DNA of 64,000 nt from NCBI GenBank assembly GCA_037305845.1, contig CP147778.1, positions 1,280,001-1,344,000 on the forward strand, read 5' to 3'. The notes under the pieces were generated by a model that was given only the letters and a program-made list of their open reading frames with translations, did no database searches and was not told the origin of the DNA. Both the position numbers and the translations under genes were made by a program. Origin of the DNA: Candidatus Freyarchaeum deiterrae. GTDB taxonomy: Archaea; Asgardarchaeota; Jordiarchaeia; Jordiarchaeales; Jordiarchaeaceae. Below, in pieces: positions 50,753 to 61,567 of the stretch (positions are counted from its first letter, which is position 1; each line of letters begins with the position of its first letter).

Positions 50753-51036
50753 TTTTTGAAACCACCAGAAGTTATAGAACAGAAAAACAATTGACTAAGA
50801 GTTTAAAAATTTTTTATTATGATTTCATCCAAAAGAACAAGTTTGCTTTCCTATTTTATGTTTTTGCTTCTTTTTTCATAATAATTTCTACTGCAAATTA
50901 TAAATAGGAGAATCTGTGCTAACCGAAAGCTATAAGCCTATAAATATATATAAAGATGTAAAAAGTTTTTCATAAAAAGGGTTTTATAAAGGAAATCTGG
51001 TAATCAGGAAATCTAGAGACGATTGGGACAAGGAGT

Positions 51037-52089
51037 ATGGTGATTATGAAAGCAGCTTTGTTTCAAGGGCCCGATGCTAAACCCATGTTCACAGTTGAAG
51101 AGGTGGAAGAGCCTAAGCCTAAACCCAATGAAGTTGTGGTTGAAGTTGAAGCCTCAGCGTTGTGTGGAACCGATCTTCATATTCTGGATGGATCTCTTCT
51201 AAACAAGGCGTATAAACAACCACCATTAATTGTGGGTCACGAATGGGCAGGAACCGTGGTTGAGATTGGGGGCTCTGCGAAGAAATTTGAGATTGACGAT
51301 CGAGTTTTTAGTGCTCCTAGCTTTTCTTGTGGGGTTTGTAAATTCTGTTTGGAAGGAAAATCTAACCTGTGTGATAACAGAGGAGTTTTTGGTTTACACG
51401 CCCCGGGAAGCAACGCGGAGTACATTGCGGCGCCTCAGGAATCGCTTTATCATCTTTCAGAGGGAATAAGCTTCAGGGTGGGATGCCTGATAGGTGACAC
51501 TCTTGGAACCGCTTACCACGCTATTAGACGCGTACAGGTACAACCAGGAGATACAGTAGCACTTTGGGGTTTGGGACCTGTAGGTATGACTATCGCTCAA
51601 ATGGCTAAGGTTGCGGGCGCCGCGAAAGTGATAGTGGTCGATGTGGTTTCTTCACGGTTGGAACAGATTATTGAGTTAGGAATGGCTGATTTTGCAGTAA
51701 ATGGTAAAGAAAAAGATGCAGTTAGGGAAGTAAAAGAGCTGACCGGCGGAGTGGGTGCGGATATCACCATTGAGGCGACCGGTGTTGATTCAGCTCTAGG
51801 ACAAGCCTTTGACGCACTGCGTAAGGGAGGAAAGTTATTGTTGGTGGGCACGCACTCTAAGAATTACAATCTATGGTCTCTTGCAGTAATGTATAGGGAA
51901 ATTTCGATTATTGGAACATTCGCTCATGTTCCAGTCGAGGCTGAACGGTTCATAAATCTCGTTGAATCAGGAAGAATTAAACTGGAGCCGCTAATTACCC
52001 ACGAATTTGGCTTAGATAAGGTGAATACCGCGTTTGAGCTTTTCATGGCTAGGAAAACTAACAAGGTTATTCTTTATCCAAAGAAGTAG
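51037..52089 (+). CDS. Zinc-dependent medium-chain alcohol/polyol dehydrogenase
   Basis: LCGTDLH, GHEWAG, CGVCKFC..NLC, GLGPVG. Confidence 0.92.
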   Translation: MVIMKAALFQGPDAKPMFTVEEVEEPKPKPNEVVVEVEASALCGTDLHILDGSLLNKAYKQPPLIVGHEWAGTVVEIGGSAKKFEIDDRVFSAPSFSCGVCKFCLEGKSNLCDNRGVFGLHAPGSNAEYIAAPQESLYHLSEGISFRVGCLIGDTLGTAYHAIRRVQVQPGDTVALWGLGPVGMTIAQMAKVAGAAKVIVVDVVSSRLEQIIELGMADFAVNGKEKDAVREVKELTGGVGADITIEATGVDSALGQAFDALRKGGKLLLVGTHSKNYNLWSLAVMYREISIIGTFAHVPVEAERFINLVESGRIKLEPLITHEFGLDKVNTAFELFMARKTNKVILYPKK

Positions 52090-52181
52090 TAACCAAATTA
52101 ACCGAAAAAATCAGGATTCCCAAAGCCTATTTTTATTGTGAGTTAAAAAAAAGATTTCACCGCAAAGTATTTAGTTCAAAG

Positions 52182-52736
52182 TCATTTTGAGAGTTTAAAT
52201 CCTAAAAAGCCGGATAAGGTACCTAAAGCTAACAGGACTAGGATGCCTACCCAGTTGAAGGCGTAGCCTATCTGAATAAATTCGATTTGGAATGGGATGT
52301 AGAATGGGACGTAATATTTTATATAGACGAATTCGTATGGAGTGTAATTCGTTAAGCGAATGAATACGCTAAAAATTGAGACGGATAAACCGATTAGTAA
52401 ACTGTCTGGAAATAGTTTTTTCTCACCACTCCATGAAAAATACAGTACTACCGCTACTAAAACAGCTACGCAAGTAGTAGCTATCCCATATATGAGATCA
52501 AGGATATAGTAATACCCGTAGGGTATAAATTGGGAGTAAGATCCTGTAATTATTGGAATGAGGTAAGGTGCCAAAGCAGCAAGCGCTGCCAATAGAAAAA
52601 GGCTAAAACCAGCAGCCACAAAAATAAAAGTTAGACCCCTTTTAGGTGAATAATCCTCATCATACTCGACAACTTCTTCATCTTTTTCCTCAGATTTACC
52701 ATTCTCAGAGGTTGAATCCTTTGGGGTTTTAGGCAT
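52182..52736 (-). CDS. Hypothetical membrane protein (about 4 TM, acidic N-terminus)
   Basis: Charged N-terminal ~30 aa then four hydrophobic segments; start uncertain (52760 or 52736). Confidence 0.65.
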   Translation of the reverse strand: MPKTPKDSTSENGKSEEKDEEVVEYDEDYSPKRGLTFIFVAAGFSLFLLAALAALAPYLIPIITGSYSQFIPYGYYYILDLIYGIATTCVAVLVAVVLYFSWSGEKKLFPDSLLIGLSVSIFSVFIRLTNYTPYEFVYIKYYVPFYIPFQIEFIQIGYAFNWVGILVLLALGTLSGFLGFKLSK

Positions 52737-52948
52737 ATTTTCATCTTCTTTCAATCTCAATCTAATAGGTAATTGGGAAATTGATTAGGATTTAGTAATT
52801 TTAGACGCGTTAAAAAGCTTATCTAGCCATTTACAAGAATTGGGAGTAAAAGCCAAAAACCACCCACCTATTAAAAAACGAGTGCTTCCATCGATTGAGT
52901 AAAAAATGAGCTGACTTAAAAAACATGAATGCAGTTATTGGTATATTT

Positions 52949-52984
52949 AAAAAAATATCTGTACCCAAGTAATCGGGTACAGAT
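52949..52984 (-). terminator. Hairpin plus T-tract, candidate terminator
   Basis: ATCTGTACCC-N8-GGGTACAGAT 10-bp stem (52957-52984) followed on the minus strand by a T7 run. Confidence 0.45.
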
Positions 52985-53088
52985 TCAGACGTTGATGATC
53001 TATCTTTGATTTATCGCCTATCTTATGTTCGAATGTTTCTCAAACCGCTAGGTCTTAACCGCTTTCCCCAAAGTTAAGTAAACAGAGC
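52985..53088 (+). mobile_element. Possible right-end relic of the IS5-like element
   Basis: Ends in AAGTAAACAGAGC, the exact reverse complement of the 13-bp end at 25519; preceded by a broken frame QTLMIYL*FIAYLMF...VK* whose stop overlaps the repeat. Confidence 0.4.
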
Positions 53089-53180
53089 ACCTAAATTAGG
53101 ATTTTTTAGTACTCGGTCATTGTAATTGATAAAGTGGTATCTGAGCCCACTTTAGTTCAAGAACCGATATTAACCAGTTT

Positions 53181-53456
53181 TTATGTTTCGCCTTCTTCTG
53201 CGTAGAATTCAAGTGCCTGCCTTTTTAGTTCTTCTCGTTCGTCTTCGTCTATTTCAAGTTTTTTCTCGTTATCTCCTTCGACTACTATAGTTTTGTCCTT
53301 TGGGGTGTGGGGTATTTTGACCACTAGGCGGTATGCTTTGGAGTCTGTGGGTTCTTTTTTGTAGCCGCACTTCCTGCATATGAGTTGACTTTTTCCGTCT
53401 TCCTTTTTAGGCATCAAGAGTGTTCCATCATTTGGACAGAATGACAATTTTTTCAC
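53181..53456 (-). CDS. RpoM/TFS-like zinc-ribbon protein lacking the C-terminal catalytic ribbon
   Basis: SFCPNDGTLLMP...LICRKCGY N-terminal ribbon; acidic tail instead of Cx2C..QTRSADE..Cx2C; start GTG 53456 or TTG 53447. Confidence 0.75.
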   Translation of the reverse strand: MKKLSFCPNDGTLLMPKKEDGKSQLICRKCGYKKEPTDSKAYRLVVKIPHTPKDKTIVVEGDNEKKLEIDEDEREELKRQALEFYAEEGET

Positions 53457-53985
53457 CTTTTTTTGGTAGCTCTTTTCACCTTCAATTTTTATACTCGCGT
53501 AATTACGATACTTGCCCATATATGAGTTTTTCTAACGCATCAATGAAGAAAAAAAACGAGGTTCGACCAGTTAATTTACACATAGTTATATAAAAAAACA
53601 CAAGCTGGCAGATATAATTTTAAAATTTTGAATATACAATTAACAATAGTTAAGTTAAAAGGTCTACTCCTAATGTAATTCCTACTTCTGGGTTAAGAAC
53701 AGTCCATCTTATAATTATTGCCCGTACCGTGGTGGCTATTATTCCTTTCAGTAAGAGGCCGAGGTTCTTATGATATAATGATGCTCGTAATTGCAACAAA
53801 TACAGATTTAACTGATAATGGTTCTGTTCTAGCGTTTTCCCCAATTCCTTCGACCTAGCTTAACTTGAAATTTGCGCTGCCTTTTCATTCAGTTTATAGT
53901 AAGGTTTTGGATGTGGTTAATCACTATTGCCCGAAAAGATTAATAAATTACATACTGACAAAATTGTTATTGGATGGTGTAACAG

Positions 53986-54921
53986 ATGTCAGGGGAAGAA
54001 AGAACTGATTACTGCTGGATTGATGGCGAATTCGTCGAATGGGATAATGCAAAAGTTCACATTAAGACCCATGCTCTTCATTATGGTAGTGGAGTTTTTG
54101 AGGGAATACGAGGGTATGCAACCAAAGACAAAAATGTTTACATATTCAGGTTGAAGGACCACGTAGATCGATTGTTCTACTCGGCAAAAATTTACAAGAT
54201 GGAAATTCCGTACACTAAAGAAGAAATGTCTAACGCCATAATTGAACTGGTAAAAAAGAATAACATAAAAGAAACAATTTACATTCGCCCGATTGTTTTC
54301 AGGGGATATGGTCCCCTTGGACTCAATCCATTCAATTGCCCGGTGAGTGCAGCGATTTATATTGTGCCTTTTGGGAGGTATTTAGGCCCAGAAGCTCTGG
54401 AAAAGGGTGTTAAATGCTGCTTTACTTCATGGGAGAGAATTTCACCCAGAGCTCTACCACCAGAGGCCAAGGCTTGCGGTCAATACATCAACAGTATTCT
54501 TGCAAAGATGGAGGCTATCGAGAACGGATATGATGAAGCATTATTTTTAGACCATAGAGGATTCGTAAGTGAGGGGAGTGGAGAAAATATTTTTATGATT
54601 AAGGATCAAACTGCGATAACCCCTCCAGTAACCGCATCAATTCTTATTGGAATTACACGTGATTCGGTAATAAAACTCATGGGCAGTGATTTAAAAGTTC
54701 CTCTATTTGAGCAGGATGTAACAAGAGCCGCTATGTACAATATGGATGAAGTTTTTATAACTGGGACTGCAGGAGAAGTAACACCCGTGGTCGAAATAGA
54801 TAAACGTGTAATTGGTGATGGGAAGCCTGGGCCGATAACTAGAAAAGTTCAGAAGGCTTTCTCAGATGTCACGCTAGGAAAGAACCCCCGGTACGAGGGC
54901 TGGGTGACCCCTGTTTATTAA
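53986..54921 (+). CDS. ilvE: Branched-chain amino acid aminotransferase
   Basis: HALHYGSGVFEGIR, YIRP, AKACGQYINS, EGSGENIF, ILIGITR, GTAGEVTPV. Confidence 0.96.
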   Translation: MSGEERTDYCWIDGEFVEWDNAKVHIKTHALHYGSGVFEGIRGYATKDKNVYIFRLKDHVDRLFYSAKIYKMEIPYTKEEMSNAIIELVKKNNIKETIYIRPIVFRGYGPLGLNPFNCPVSAAIYIVPFGRYLGPEALEKGVKCCFTSWERISPRALPPEAKACGQYINSILAKMEAIENGYDEALFLDHRGFVSEGSGENIFMIKDQTAITPPVTASILIGITRDSVIKLMGSDLKVPLFEQDVTRAAMYNMDEVFITGTAGEVTPVVEIDKRVIGDGKPGPITRKVQKAFSDVTLGKNPRYEGWVTPVY

Positions 54922-55151
54922 CAGTTATTGTGTAAGTTTTCCTTAATCTAATCTATTTTTATTTGTCTGTTTTTGGGTTTCAACTTTTCGGCAAAATTAA
55001 TATACCAACATTTCTTCTTTTTTAAGGAATGCCAACTATAAGCATAGCGCAAGGAGACAACATAAGTTTCCTTAGAAATGTGTAAGCAACAATTCGCCCA
55101 GGTTAGTTGTATTGACATGAGGCATTTGATAATAGCTTTGGGAGTATAGTA

Positions 55152-55775
55152 ATGATTAAGAGTATTGTATTTGATTTAGACGGAGTTCTAGTGGCTTTAA
55201 ACCTGGAAATGAACATTTTACAAGAAAGGCTGAAAGAAGTATTAGATGCTAGAGTAGAAGCTGAAAAAATGTTTAGTGTCTGTGAAAAGTTGGCAATAGA
55301 GGATTTTGAACGGTATAAAAAGGCCCTAAATTCTCTGGATAGCGTGGAATTAGAGGCTATAGATAAAACCATGGAGATTTATCCAGAAGCAAAGAGCGTT
55401 CTTGAGAGCTTAAGAAAAGACTACGAAATTGCTCTAGTCACACTTCAAGGAAAGAAACCAGCGTACAAGATACTTGACATATTGGGTATAAGGGACTTCT
55501 TTAAAGCCATTTTTACCAGAGAGAATTCATTTTCTCGCCAAGAACAGATAAAACTTGCAGGTGAGGCTTTAGATTTCCCGTTTGAAGAGATTTTGGTGGT
55601 TGGAGATAGAAAGAATGATGTCCACTGCGCTAGAAATCTTGGATGCAAGGCGTTAATAATTAAGAGACCGTACACAGAGATACCGGGAATGACTGTTATA
55701 AGTTCTCTTGAGGAAATCCCCAATGAAATAGAAAATATTAACAAAGAGTATAATAAAATGCAAACCTCCGAATAA
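55152..55775 (+). CDS. HAD-superfamily hydrolase
   Basis: FDLDGVL, LVT, VGDRKND. Confidence 0.88.
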   Translation: MIKSIVFDLDGVLVALNLEMNILQERLKEVLDARVEAEKMFSVCEKLAIEDFERYKKALNSLDSVELEAIDKTMEIYPEAKSVLESLRKDYEIALVTLQGKKPAYKILDILGIRDFFKAIFTRENSFSRQEQIKLAGEALDFPFEEILVVGDRKNDVHCARNLGCKALIIKRPYTEIPGMTVISSLEEIPNEIENINKEYNKMQTSE

Positions 55776-55787
55776 GCCACCTTTATA

Positions 55788-56486
55788 CTATTCTTTAGCG
55801 GTTTTTTCTTTGTGTCTGGATTCAAGTTCTGCGAATATTTTATCTATGTTAATGTTTTGGTATGCGAGCAGAACCATCATGTGGAATAGTAGATCTGTGG
55901 ATTCGTGAACTATTTCCTTTTCTTCATTGTTTTCTGAGGCTTGTATGAGTTCACTGGACTCCTCGTCTATTTTTTCTAGTATCTTGTTTTTTCCCTCTTT
56001 CACGAGCTGGGCTACATAGGAATTAACGGTTGGCCTCTCTATTCGATTTTTTATGACGCTGAATACTTCTTCAAGTATCTTTGCCTTTCCGTAAACTTCC
56101 TCTGGCTCGAAGATTTTTTCTTCTAAAAATTCTTCGCCCTCGATCTTATTGTGAAAACAAGTGAAGTAGCCTTCATGGCAGCATGCCGTAACTTGCTCGA
56201 CCTTAAAGAGAAGCGTATCGGCATCGCAATCGTAATAGGCTTCTCGGACCACTTGATAGTGTTTTGATTCTTCTCCCTTCATCCATATTTTATTTCGTGT
56301 TCGACTGAAATAGTGCATGTAACCAGTTGATAGAGTTTTTATTAGGGATTCTCGGTTCATAAAGCCTACCATAAGTACTGTGTTAGTAGCGATGTCTTGG
56401 GTTACCGCTGGTATCAAACCATTCATTTTGCCAAAGTCAAGCTTGGATAGGAGAGTATCCATGTTTTCTTTACTTGTTTGGTTCAA
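55788..56486 (-). CDS. hisIE: Bifunctional phosphoribosyl-AMP cyclohydrolase / phosphoribosyl-ATP pyrophosphatase
   Basis: YFSRTR..WMKGEES, DCDADTLL, CHEGYFTCF, then SYVAQL..KIDEE..ESTDLLFH. Confidence 0.94.
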   Translation of the reverse strand: MNQTSKENMDTLLSKLDFGKMNGLIPAVTQDIATNTVLMVGFMNRESLIKTLSTGYMHYFSRTRNKIWMKGEESKHYQVVREAYYDCDADTLLFKVEQVTACCHEGYFTCFHNKIEGEEFLEEKIFEPEEVYGKAKILEEVFSVIKNRIERPTVNSYVAQLVKEGKNKILEKIDEESSELIQASENNEEKEIVHESTDLLFHMMVLLAYQNINIDKIFAELESRHKEKTAKE

Positions 56487-56495
56487 CTTTTTCCC

Positions 56496-57302
56496 TCACA
56501 ACCTTACTGGAATGTTTCTTTCTTCGAGATATTTTTTTACCTCTTCAATAGAGTAAGCCCCGTAGTGGAAAATGGAAGCCGCTAACGCCGCGTCAGCCTT
56601 TCCTTTGGATAAAACTTCGTAGATGTGCTCTAGGTCTCCAGCTCCACCCGACGCAATAAGGGGAATATTAACTTTTTCGCAAATAGTTCTTGTTAGAATT
56701 AAATCGTATCCATTTTTTGTGCCGTCGTAGTCCATGCTTGTGAGAAGAATCTCACCGGCACCTTCCTGTTCCACTTGGATCGCCCATTTAATGGCGTCCT
56801 TTCCCGTGGGTTTTCTACCGCCGTAGGTGTATACTTCCCACCAGCATTTTCCCTCTGGTGTATCCACTACAATCTTATCAGAAGCAGCTTCTTCATCGTA
56901 CACTCTTTTCGCATCTATAGCACAGACTATACACTGGCTACCGAACCTTCGAGAGGCTTCATAGATAATTTTGGGTTTTTCCACTGCGGAAGTGTTAATA
57001 GCTATTTTATCCGCCCCTGCGCGGAGAATTTGCCTGATATCATCCAGGCCTCTGATTCCGCCGCCTACAGTGAAAGGAATGAACACTCGATCCGCGGTTC
57101 TCTTAACCACATCTATTAAAATTTCACGTTTATCGCTTGACGCGGTTACATCCAGAAATACGAGTTCATCCGCACCCTGCTGGCTGTATAGTTCTCCGAG
57201 TTCGGGAGGATCTCCCGCATCTCTCAAGTTTTTGAATTTTATACCCTTAACAACTCTTCCCCCAGTCATATCCAGGCAGGGAATTATTCTTTTCGCAAGC
57301 AT
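56496..57302 (-). CDS. hisF: Imidazole glycerol phosphate synthase cyclase subunit
   Basis: [42 protein letters not shown]. Confidence 0.97.
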   Translation of the reverse strand: MLAKRIIPCLDMTGGRVVKGIKFKNLRDAGDPPELGELYSQQGADELVFLDVTASSDKREILIDVVKRTADRVFIPFTVGGGIRGLDDIRQILRAGADKIAINTSAVEKPKIIYEASRRFGSQCIVCAIDAKRVYDEEAASDKIVVDTPEGKCWWEVYTYGGRKPTGKDAIKWAIQVEQEGAGEILLTSMDYDGTKNGYDLILTRTICEKVNIPLIASGGAGDLEHIYEVLSKGKADAALAASIFHYGAYSIEEVKKYLEERNIPVRL

Positions 57303-57303
57303 T

Positions 57304-58020
57304 TTACGTAGCTCCCATTTTAATTGCTTCTTTCAAATCTAGGGTTCCTTCAAAGAAGGCTTTACCTATAACTACTCCACTTACTCCGATTTTTTTCAGA
57401 TTCGAAATATCTTCAAGGTTTCGAACGCCACCAGAAGCCACCACGTCAATCTCTACGGATTGAACCAGTTTCTCGATTGTTGGTAGATCAACTCCTTTGA
57501 AGGTTCCGTCTCGTGAGATGGATGTTGATAGGATCCAACCAGCACCCAGTTTTTCCATCTTCGCAGCCATTTGAAACAAGTCGTGCTGAGTGACTCTCTT
57601 CCAACCTTCAATGGCAACCTTCTCATTTTTGTAATCCAGAGAAACCATCACATGCCTTGAACCAATTTTTTGAGCTAAATCACTAACGATTTTAGAATTT
57701 TTAATTGCTTCTGAACCCAAAATTATTCTCTCTGCTCCTTGTGAATAAAGATTCTGTGCTTTCTCTACGCTCCTTATGCCTCCTCCTATCTCCACTTTTG
57801 TAGTAACAGTTTTCATTATGTTAATTATTATATTGAGATTATCTCCAAGACCAAGCGCAGCATCCAGGTCTACAACATGGATTGCTTCCGCTCCTTCATT
57901 TTCCCATCGCAGAGCAGCGTCTATGGGATTTTGGTAGTACACTTTTGCGGTTTCAGGGGTACCTTTAGTTAGTCGAACGCATTTTCCCGCTAGGATATCA
58001 ACAGAAGGAATTACTAACAT
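57304..58020 (-). CDS. hisA: ProFAR isomerase
   Basis: [38 protein letters not shown]. Confidence 0.96.
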   Translation of the reverse strand: MLVIPSVDILAGKCVRLTKGTPETAKVYYQNPIDAALRWENEGAEAIHVVDLDAALGLGDNLNIIINIMKTVTTKVEIGGGIRSVEKAQNLYSQGAERIILGSEAIKNSKIVSDLAQKIGSRHVMVSLDYKNEKVAIEGWKRVTQHDLFQMAAKMEKLGAGWILSTSISRDGTFKGVDLPTIEKLVQSVEIDVVASGGVRNLEDISNLKKIGVSGVVIGKAFFEGTLDLKEAIKMGAT

Positions 58021-58022
58021 TT

Positions 58023-58631
58023 TTACTCCCTACAAAGTCTAACAAAGTTTTCCAGTATTTTGATCCCTACTCTTCCAGATTTTTCCGGGTGAAACTGTGT
58101 CGCATAAACATTCTTGTTATTTATAATCGATGAAAATCTAACTCCGTATTCAGTCCAGGCTAAGGTAACGGTAGGATTTTCTGGAACAGGGTAATAAGAG
58201 TGAACGAAGTACACGTATGAGTTATCGGGGATACCTTCAAGAAGAAGGTTTTTACTTTTGTCTAGAATTAATGTGTTCCAGCCGATGTGGGGAATTTTAA
58301 CACTGGGAGGTAGTTTAATTACTCTTCCTTTAATGATGTCTAGTCCCTTAAATAAGCCGTCTTCGGTGCTTTCGCTGAACAGAAGTTGCATTCCAAGACA
58401 TATTCCTAGTAAAGGTTTGCCATCATCAATGTAGTCTAAAACGAATTTAGATAGTGGTTTCAGGTTTTTTATCGCGTCTCGAAAAGCTCCCACTCCAGGA
58501 AGGGCTAAAGCATCCGACTTGGATAATTCTTTCTCTTTATTTGAGATAATACAGTCAGCTCCTACTTTCCGGAGCGCGTTTTCCAGGCTCCTTAAATTAC
58601 CCATTCCGTAGTCAACTATGCCGACGAGCAT
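58023..58631 (-). CDS. hisH: Imidazole glycerol phosphate synthase glutaminase subunit
   Basis: DYGMGNL, LPGVGAF, GICLGMQ, YFVHSY, QFHPEKS. Confidence 0.97.
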   Translation of the reverse strand: MLVGIVDYGMGNLRSLENALRKVGADCIISNKEKELSKSDALALPGVGAFRDAIKNLKPLSKFVLDYIDDGKPLLGICLGMQLLFSESTEDGLFKGLDIIKGRVIKLPPSVKIPHIGWNTLILDKSKNLLLEGIPDNSYVYFVHSYYPVPENPTVTLAWTEYGVRFSSIINNKNVYATQFHPEKSGRVGIKILENFVRLCRE

Positions 58632-59212
58632 TAGATAGACCCCTTTACACTAGGTACTTCTCCTTCTCCTCTCCTAGAATCAATACTAACAGCTTGTCTC
58701 AGAGATATCGCTAGAGCTTTGAATAGAGCTTCGACTTTGTGGTGATTGTTATCGCCGTATAGTATTTTGGTGTGTAGATTCATGTTAGCACTCTGGGCAA
58801 AAGAAAATAGAAAGTGCTTTATGTCTTCAGCTTCCATGTCTTCTATAGTGGCCTCTTTAAAATCTAGGTCTAGATTCACGTAACTTCGACCGCCAATGTC
58901 TATTGAGACTAGTACCAGAGAGTCGTCCATTGGTGTAATCGCCCAGCCGAAGCGGAAGATTCCCTTCTTTTTCCCTAGAGCCTTTGTCAGAGCTTCTCCT
59001 AGCGTCAAAGCGACGTCTTCAATAATATGGTGACTTAGATCTCCCTCGGCTTTGATATCAAGATCTATAAGGGAGTGTTTTGAGAGAGTCCGCAGTTGAT
59101 GGTCTAGAAAGTTTATACCTGTTTGAATATTTCCTTTTCCAGTTCCATCTAGATCTATTTCAACTTCTACTTTAGTTTCTAGAGTTTCCCTTTTTACTTT
59201 AGCATTTCTCAT
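58631..59212 (-). CDS. hisB: Imidazoleglycerol-phosphate dehydratase
   Basis: RETLET, FLDHQL, HHIIED, PMDD, NNHHKVEALFKA. Confidence 0.96.
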   Translation of the reverse strand: MRNAKVKRETLETKVEVEIDLDGTGKGNIQTGINFLDHQLRTLSKHSLIDLDIKAEGDLSHHIIEDVALTLGEALTKALGKKKGIFRFGWAITPMDDSLVLVSIDIGGRSYVNLDLDFKEATIEDMEAEDIKHFLFSFAQSANMNLHTKILYGDNNHHKVEALFKALAISLRQAVSIDSRRGEGEVPSVKGSI

Positions 59213-60446
59213 TTTTCATCATCTCAAAGTTGGTAAAGAGTGGTGATAAATCATTCGGAGTGGTTAATATAACATCTGTGTCTAGTGAAAGATACTTTTT
59301 AACCAGCATTTCACGGTCAGTTGCGGAGCATAAGACACCTATACTCAGAACAGAATATTTGCTTTGCTCCTGCGCTCTTTTTGCCGCTATTATGTCAGCG
59401 ACCGTGTCTCCCACGTAGCCAAAAATTTGGCTGGGAGGATTTATTTTATCAGCCACGGTTAACAGTGAGTAGGGATCTGGTTTTTCTAAATTTTTGTTTA
59501 CGCCCTTATTTCGAAGATTATTCTCAGCTGACATTATTTCCTCTAAGAAAATTGATGAATCCAAGTCAAAGTATCTCTCTAGATTCTCATACTTCTGAAG
59601 CACGGGGATTGTTTGGCTGCGCTGGCGACCGGAGGCGATACCGAATCTTGAGAAACCCAAATCTAGAATCATGTTGTCAAGAACCTCCTTTTTTATTATA
59701 GGCTTTTCGTTCTCGATCAGGCCGGATTCCTTATAGAAAAGGGGGTCGACATTGTAAATATCCTTGAACAATTCACTGCCATTGTACATTTCTTCGAAGT
59801 ATCTTTTGATAATGTTAAAATCAAAAATGGTTCCATGGTAAAGACAAAGCTTCTCCAAAATGCTAGACGCTTGGTCCATGGTTAAGCCGAGACTTTGAAC
59901 TAGTTTGTTTTTCGTTACCTCTTCGGATGAGGGTAAACCTCTCACATCCATTGAATCAGCGTATTCTTCAAGACTCCAATTGCCAAAGCGACTAGAAGCC
60001 AATCTCACAGAATCGAAACCAATTGATTTACACAAGGCTCCAAATTCTTCAAGTCTTCTAATTTTTGATTTTAAGTTACCATTTCCTTTCATTAATGAAA
60101 AAAGTTCTTTCTTGCGGTTTTTTAGGTTAATTATGAGAAGGGTTACATAGTATAAAATAACTCCGTACGTTAAGTGCCAGTCATTGTTGAAGCCCCCCGA
60201 ATTTTTGAATAAATTGATTTCCTCAGGGGTGATAATGTCCTCCGTGATTTCTCCAAGTCCAATGATTTCTGTAATGTACCATTTTGAGGTTTTCATTATC
60301 GCTTCTATAAAAGAACCTGAAGCATCTATAAGAACTCCATCGCAGTCGAATATGAGAAATTTTAGTTGTTCGAGGAGTTCCACTGAAGATTTTTTTACGT
60401 ATGCCTTTTCCCCGCTGGGTAATTTGAGTTCGAGATAATTTTTCAT
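59199..60446 (-). CDS. HAD-superfamily hydrolase, candidate histidinol-phosphate phosphatase
   Basis: FDCDGVLID, GGFNNDW, ASGR, KPDP, YVGDTVAD; overlaps hisC and hisB. Confidence 0.75.
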   Translation of the reverse strand: MKNYLELKLPSGEKAYVKKSSVELLEQLKFLIFDCDGVLIDASGSFIEAIMKTSKWYITEIIGLGEITEDIITPEEINLFKNSGGFNNDWHLTYGVILYYVTLLIINLKNRKKELFSLMKGNGNLKSKIRRLEEFGALCKSIGFDSVRLASSRFGNWSLEEYADSMDVRGLPSSEEVTKNKLVQSLGLTMDQASSILEKLCLYHGTIFDFNIIKRYFEEMYNGSELFKDIYNVDPLFYKESGLIENEKPIIKKEVLDNMILDLGFSRFGIASGRQRSQTIPVLQKYENLERYFDLDSSIFLEEIMSAENNLRNKGVNKNLEKPDPYSLLTVADKINPPSQIFGYVGDTVADIIAAKRAQEQSKYSVLSIGVLCSATDREMLVKKYLSLDTDVILTTPNDLSPLFTNFEMMKNEKC

Positions 60447-61567
60447 TTTTGATCCTCACTAAAGATCTCTTTGATGCATTGTAGTAGCCTTTGATTTAAC
60501 GGTCTTGGGCCGAGTGTTATTCTCAGGCAATTGTTGAGAAGAGGTAGCTCGCTGCGGTCTCTAACTAAAATTTTTTTATCCAAAAGTCTGCTCTGCAAAG
60601 TTTTGGCGGTATAGTTTGGTTTCACAACCCTTACGAGCAGGAAATTGGTTTGTGACGGATATGGTTTCAGGTTTTCGTTTTTGTTTAGCTGGCCGTAGAG
60701 AAATTCTCGTTCTTTTTTTATCTCAGATATTTTTTCGGATAAATAGTCCCAGTTCTTTATTAGTATTGGAACCATTTTTTGAGCAAGCTTGTTAACGTTA
60801 TAGGGAACCACTGTTTTTCTTAGGGTGTCTGCCAGGGTCGAGTTAGTTGCAGCGAAGCCTATTCTTAACCCAGCAATTCCGAACGACTTGGAAAAGGATC
60901 TAAGAACTATTAAGTTGTCGTACTCGTTAATCCACTTGATTAAAGTGTAATCAGCAAAATCAACATAGGCTTCATCCACCGCAACGATACAACCACTTTC
61001 CTCTACTATGCGTTTAACATCTTCCTTAGGATACTGGTTTCCGGTTGGATTATTTGGAGAGCAAAGAATTATGATTCGCGTCTTTTTTGTTACGGCTTTT
61101 AGCACCGCGTCGACGTTTGGTGTAAAGTCCTTATTTAGTAGTACACTTCGAGGTTTTCCATTTAGGAGTACAGTGTAGAAGCGGTATACACTAAAGGTTG
61201 GCTCCAGAATTATGGTTTCGCAGCCAGGGTCAATAAAAACCTTTGTTAGAATATCTAAAGATTCATCCGAACCATTTCCTAGTACAGTTTCAGAGGCTTG
61301 TATTCCGAAATGTTCAGCTATAGCTTCTCTGGCTTCAAGGGTTTCTGGATCAGGGTATAAACGGAAATCCAGAGTTGAAAGAGCTTCTCTAGCTCTTTCT
61401 ATAATCCAGTCCTTTTCTATAAACAGGTTTTCGTTGGCGTGAAGTGGCAAAATGTCTTCCGTGGGCACTCCAAGTTTTTTAGCCAATTCGTCGGGGCTAA
61501 GCTCTCCCTGATATGGTTGGAAACCGGATACTATTTTGCGTACGAGTTCTTCATTTTTCATTTGCAA
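60443..61567 (-). CDS. hisC: Histidinol-phosphate aminotransferase
   Basis: LHANEN, GNGSDE, SPNNPTG, VDEAY, RSFSKSFGIAGLRIG. Confidence 0.95.
   Translation of the reverse strand: MQMKNEELVRKIVSGFQPYQGELSPDELAKKLGVPTEDILPLHANENLFIEKDWIIERAREALSTLDFRLYPDPETLEAREAIAEHFGIQASETVLGNGSDESLDILTKVFIDPGCETIILEPTFSVYRFYTVLLNGKPRSVLLNKDFTPNVDAVLKAVTKKTRIIILCSPNNPTGNQYPKEDVKRIVEESGCIVAVDEAYVDFADYTLIKWINEYDNLIVLRSFSKSFGIAGLRIGFAATNSTLADTLRKTVVPYNVNKLAQKMVPILIKNWDYLSEKISEIKKEREFLYGQLNKNENLKPYPSQTNFLLVRVVKPNYTAKTLQSRLLDKKILVRDRSELPLLNNCLRITLGPRPLNQRLLQCIKEIFSEDQK

Noticed and set aside
52992-53144. C/D box sRNA (TGATGA ... CTGA)
   Set aside because: The boxes are about 150 nt apart with no clear internal D'/C' boxes or terminal stem
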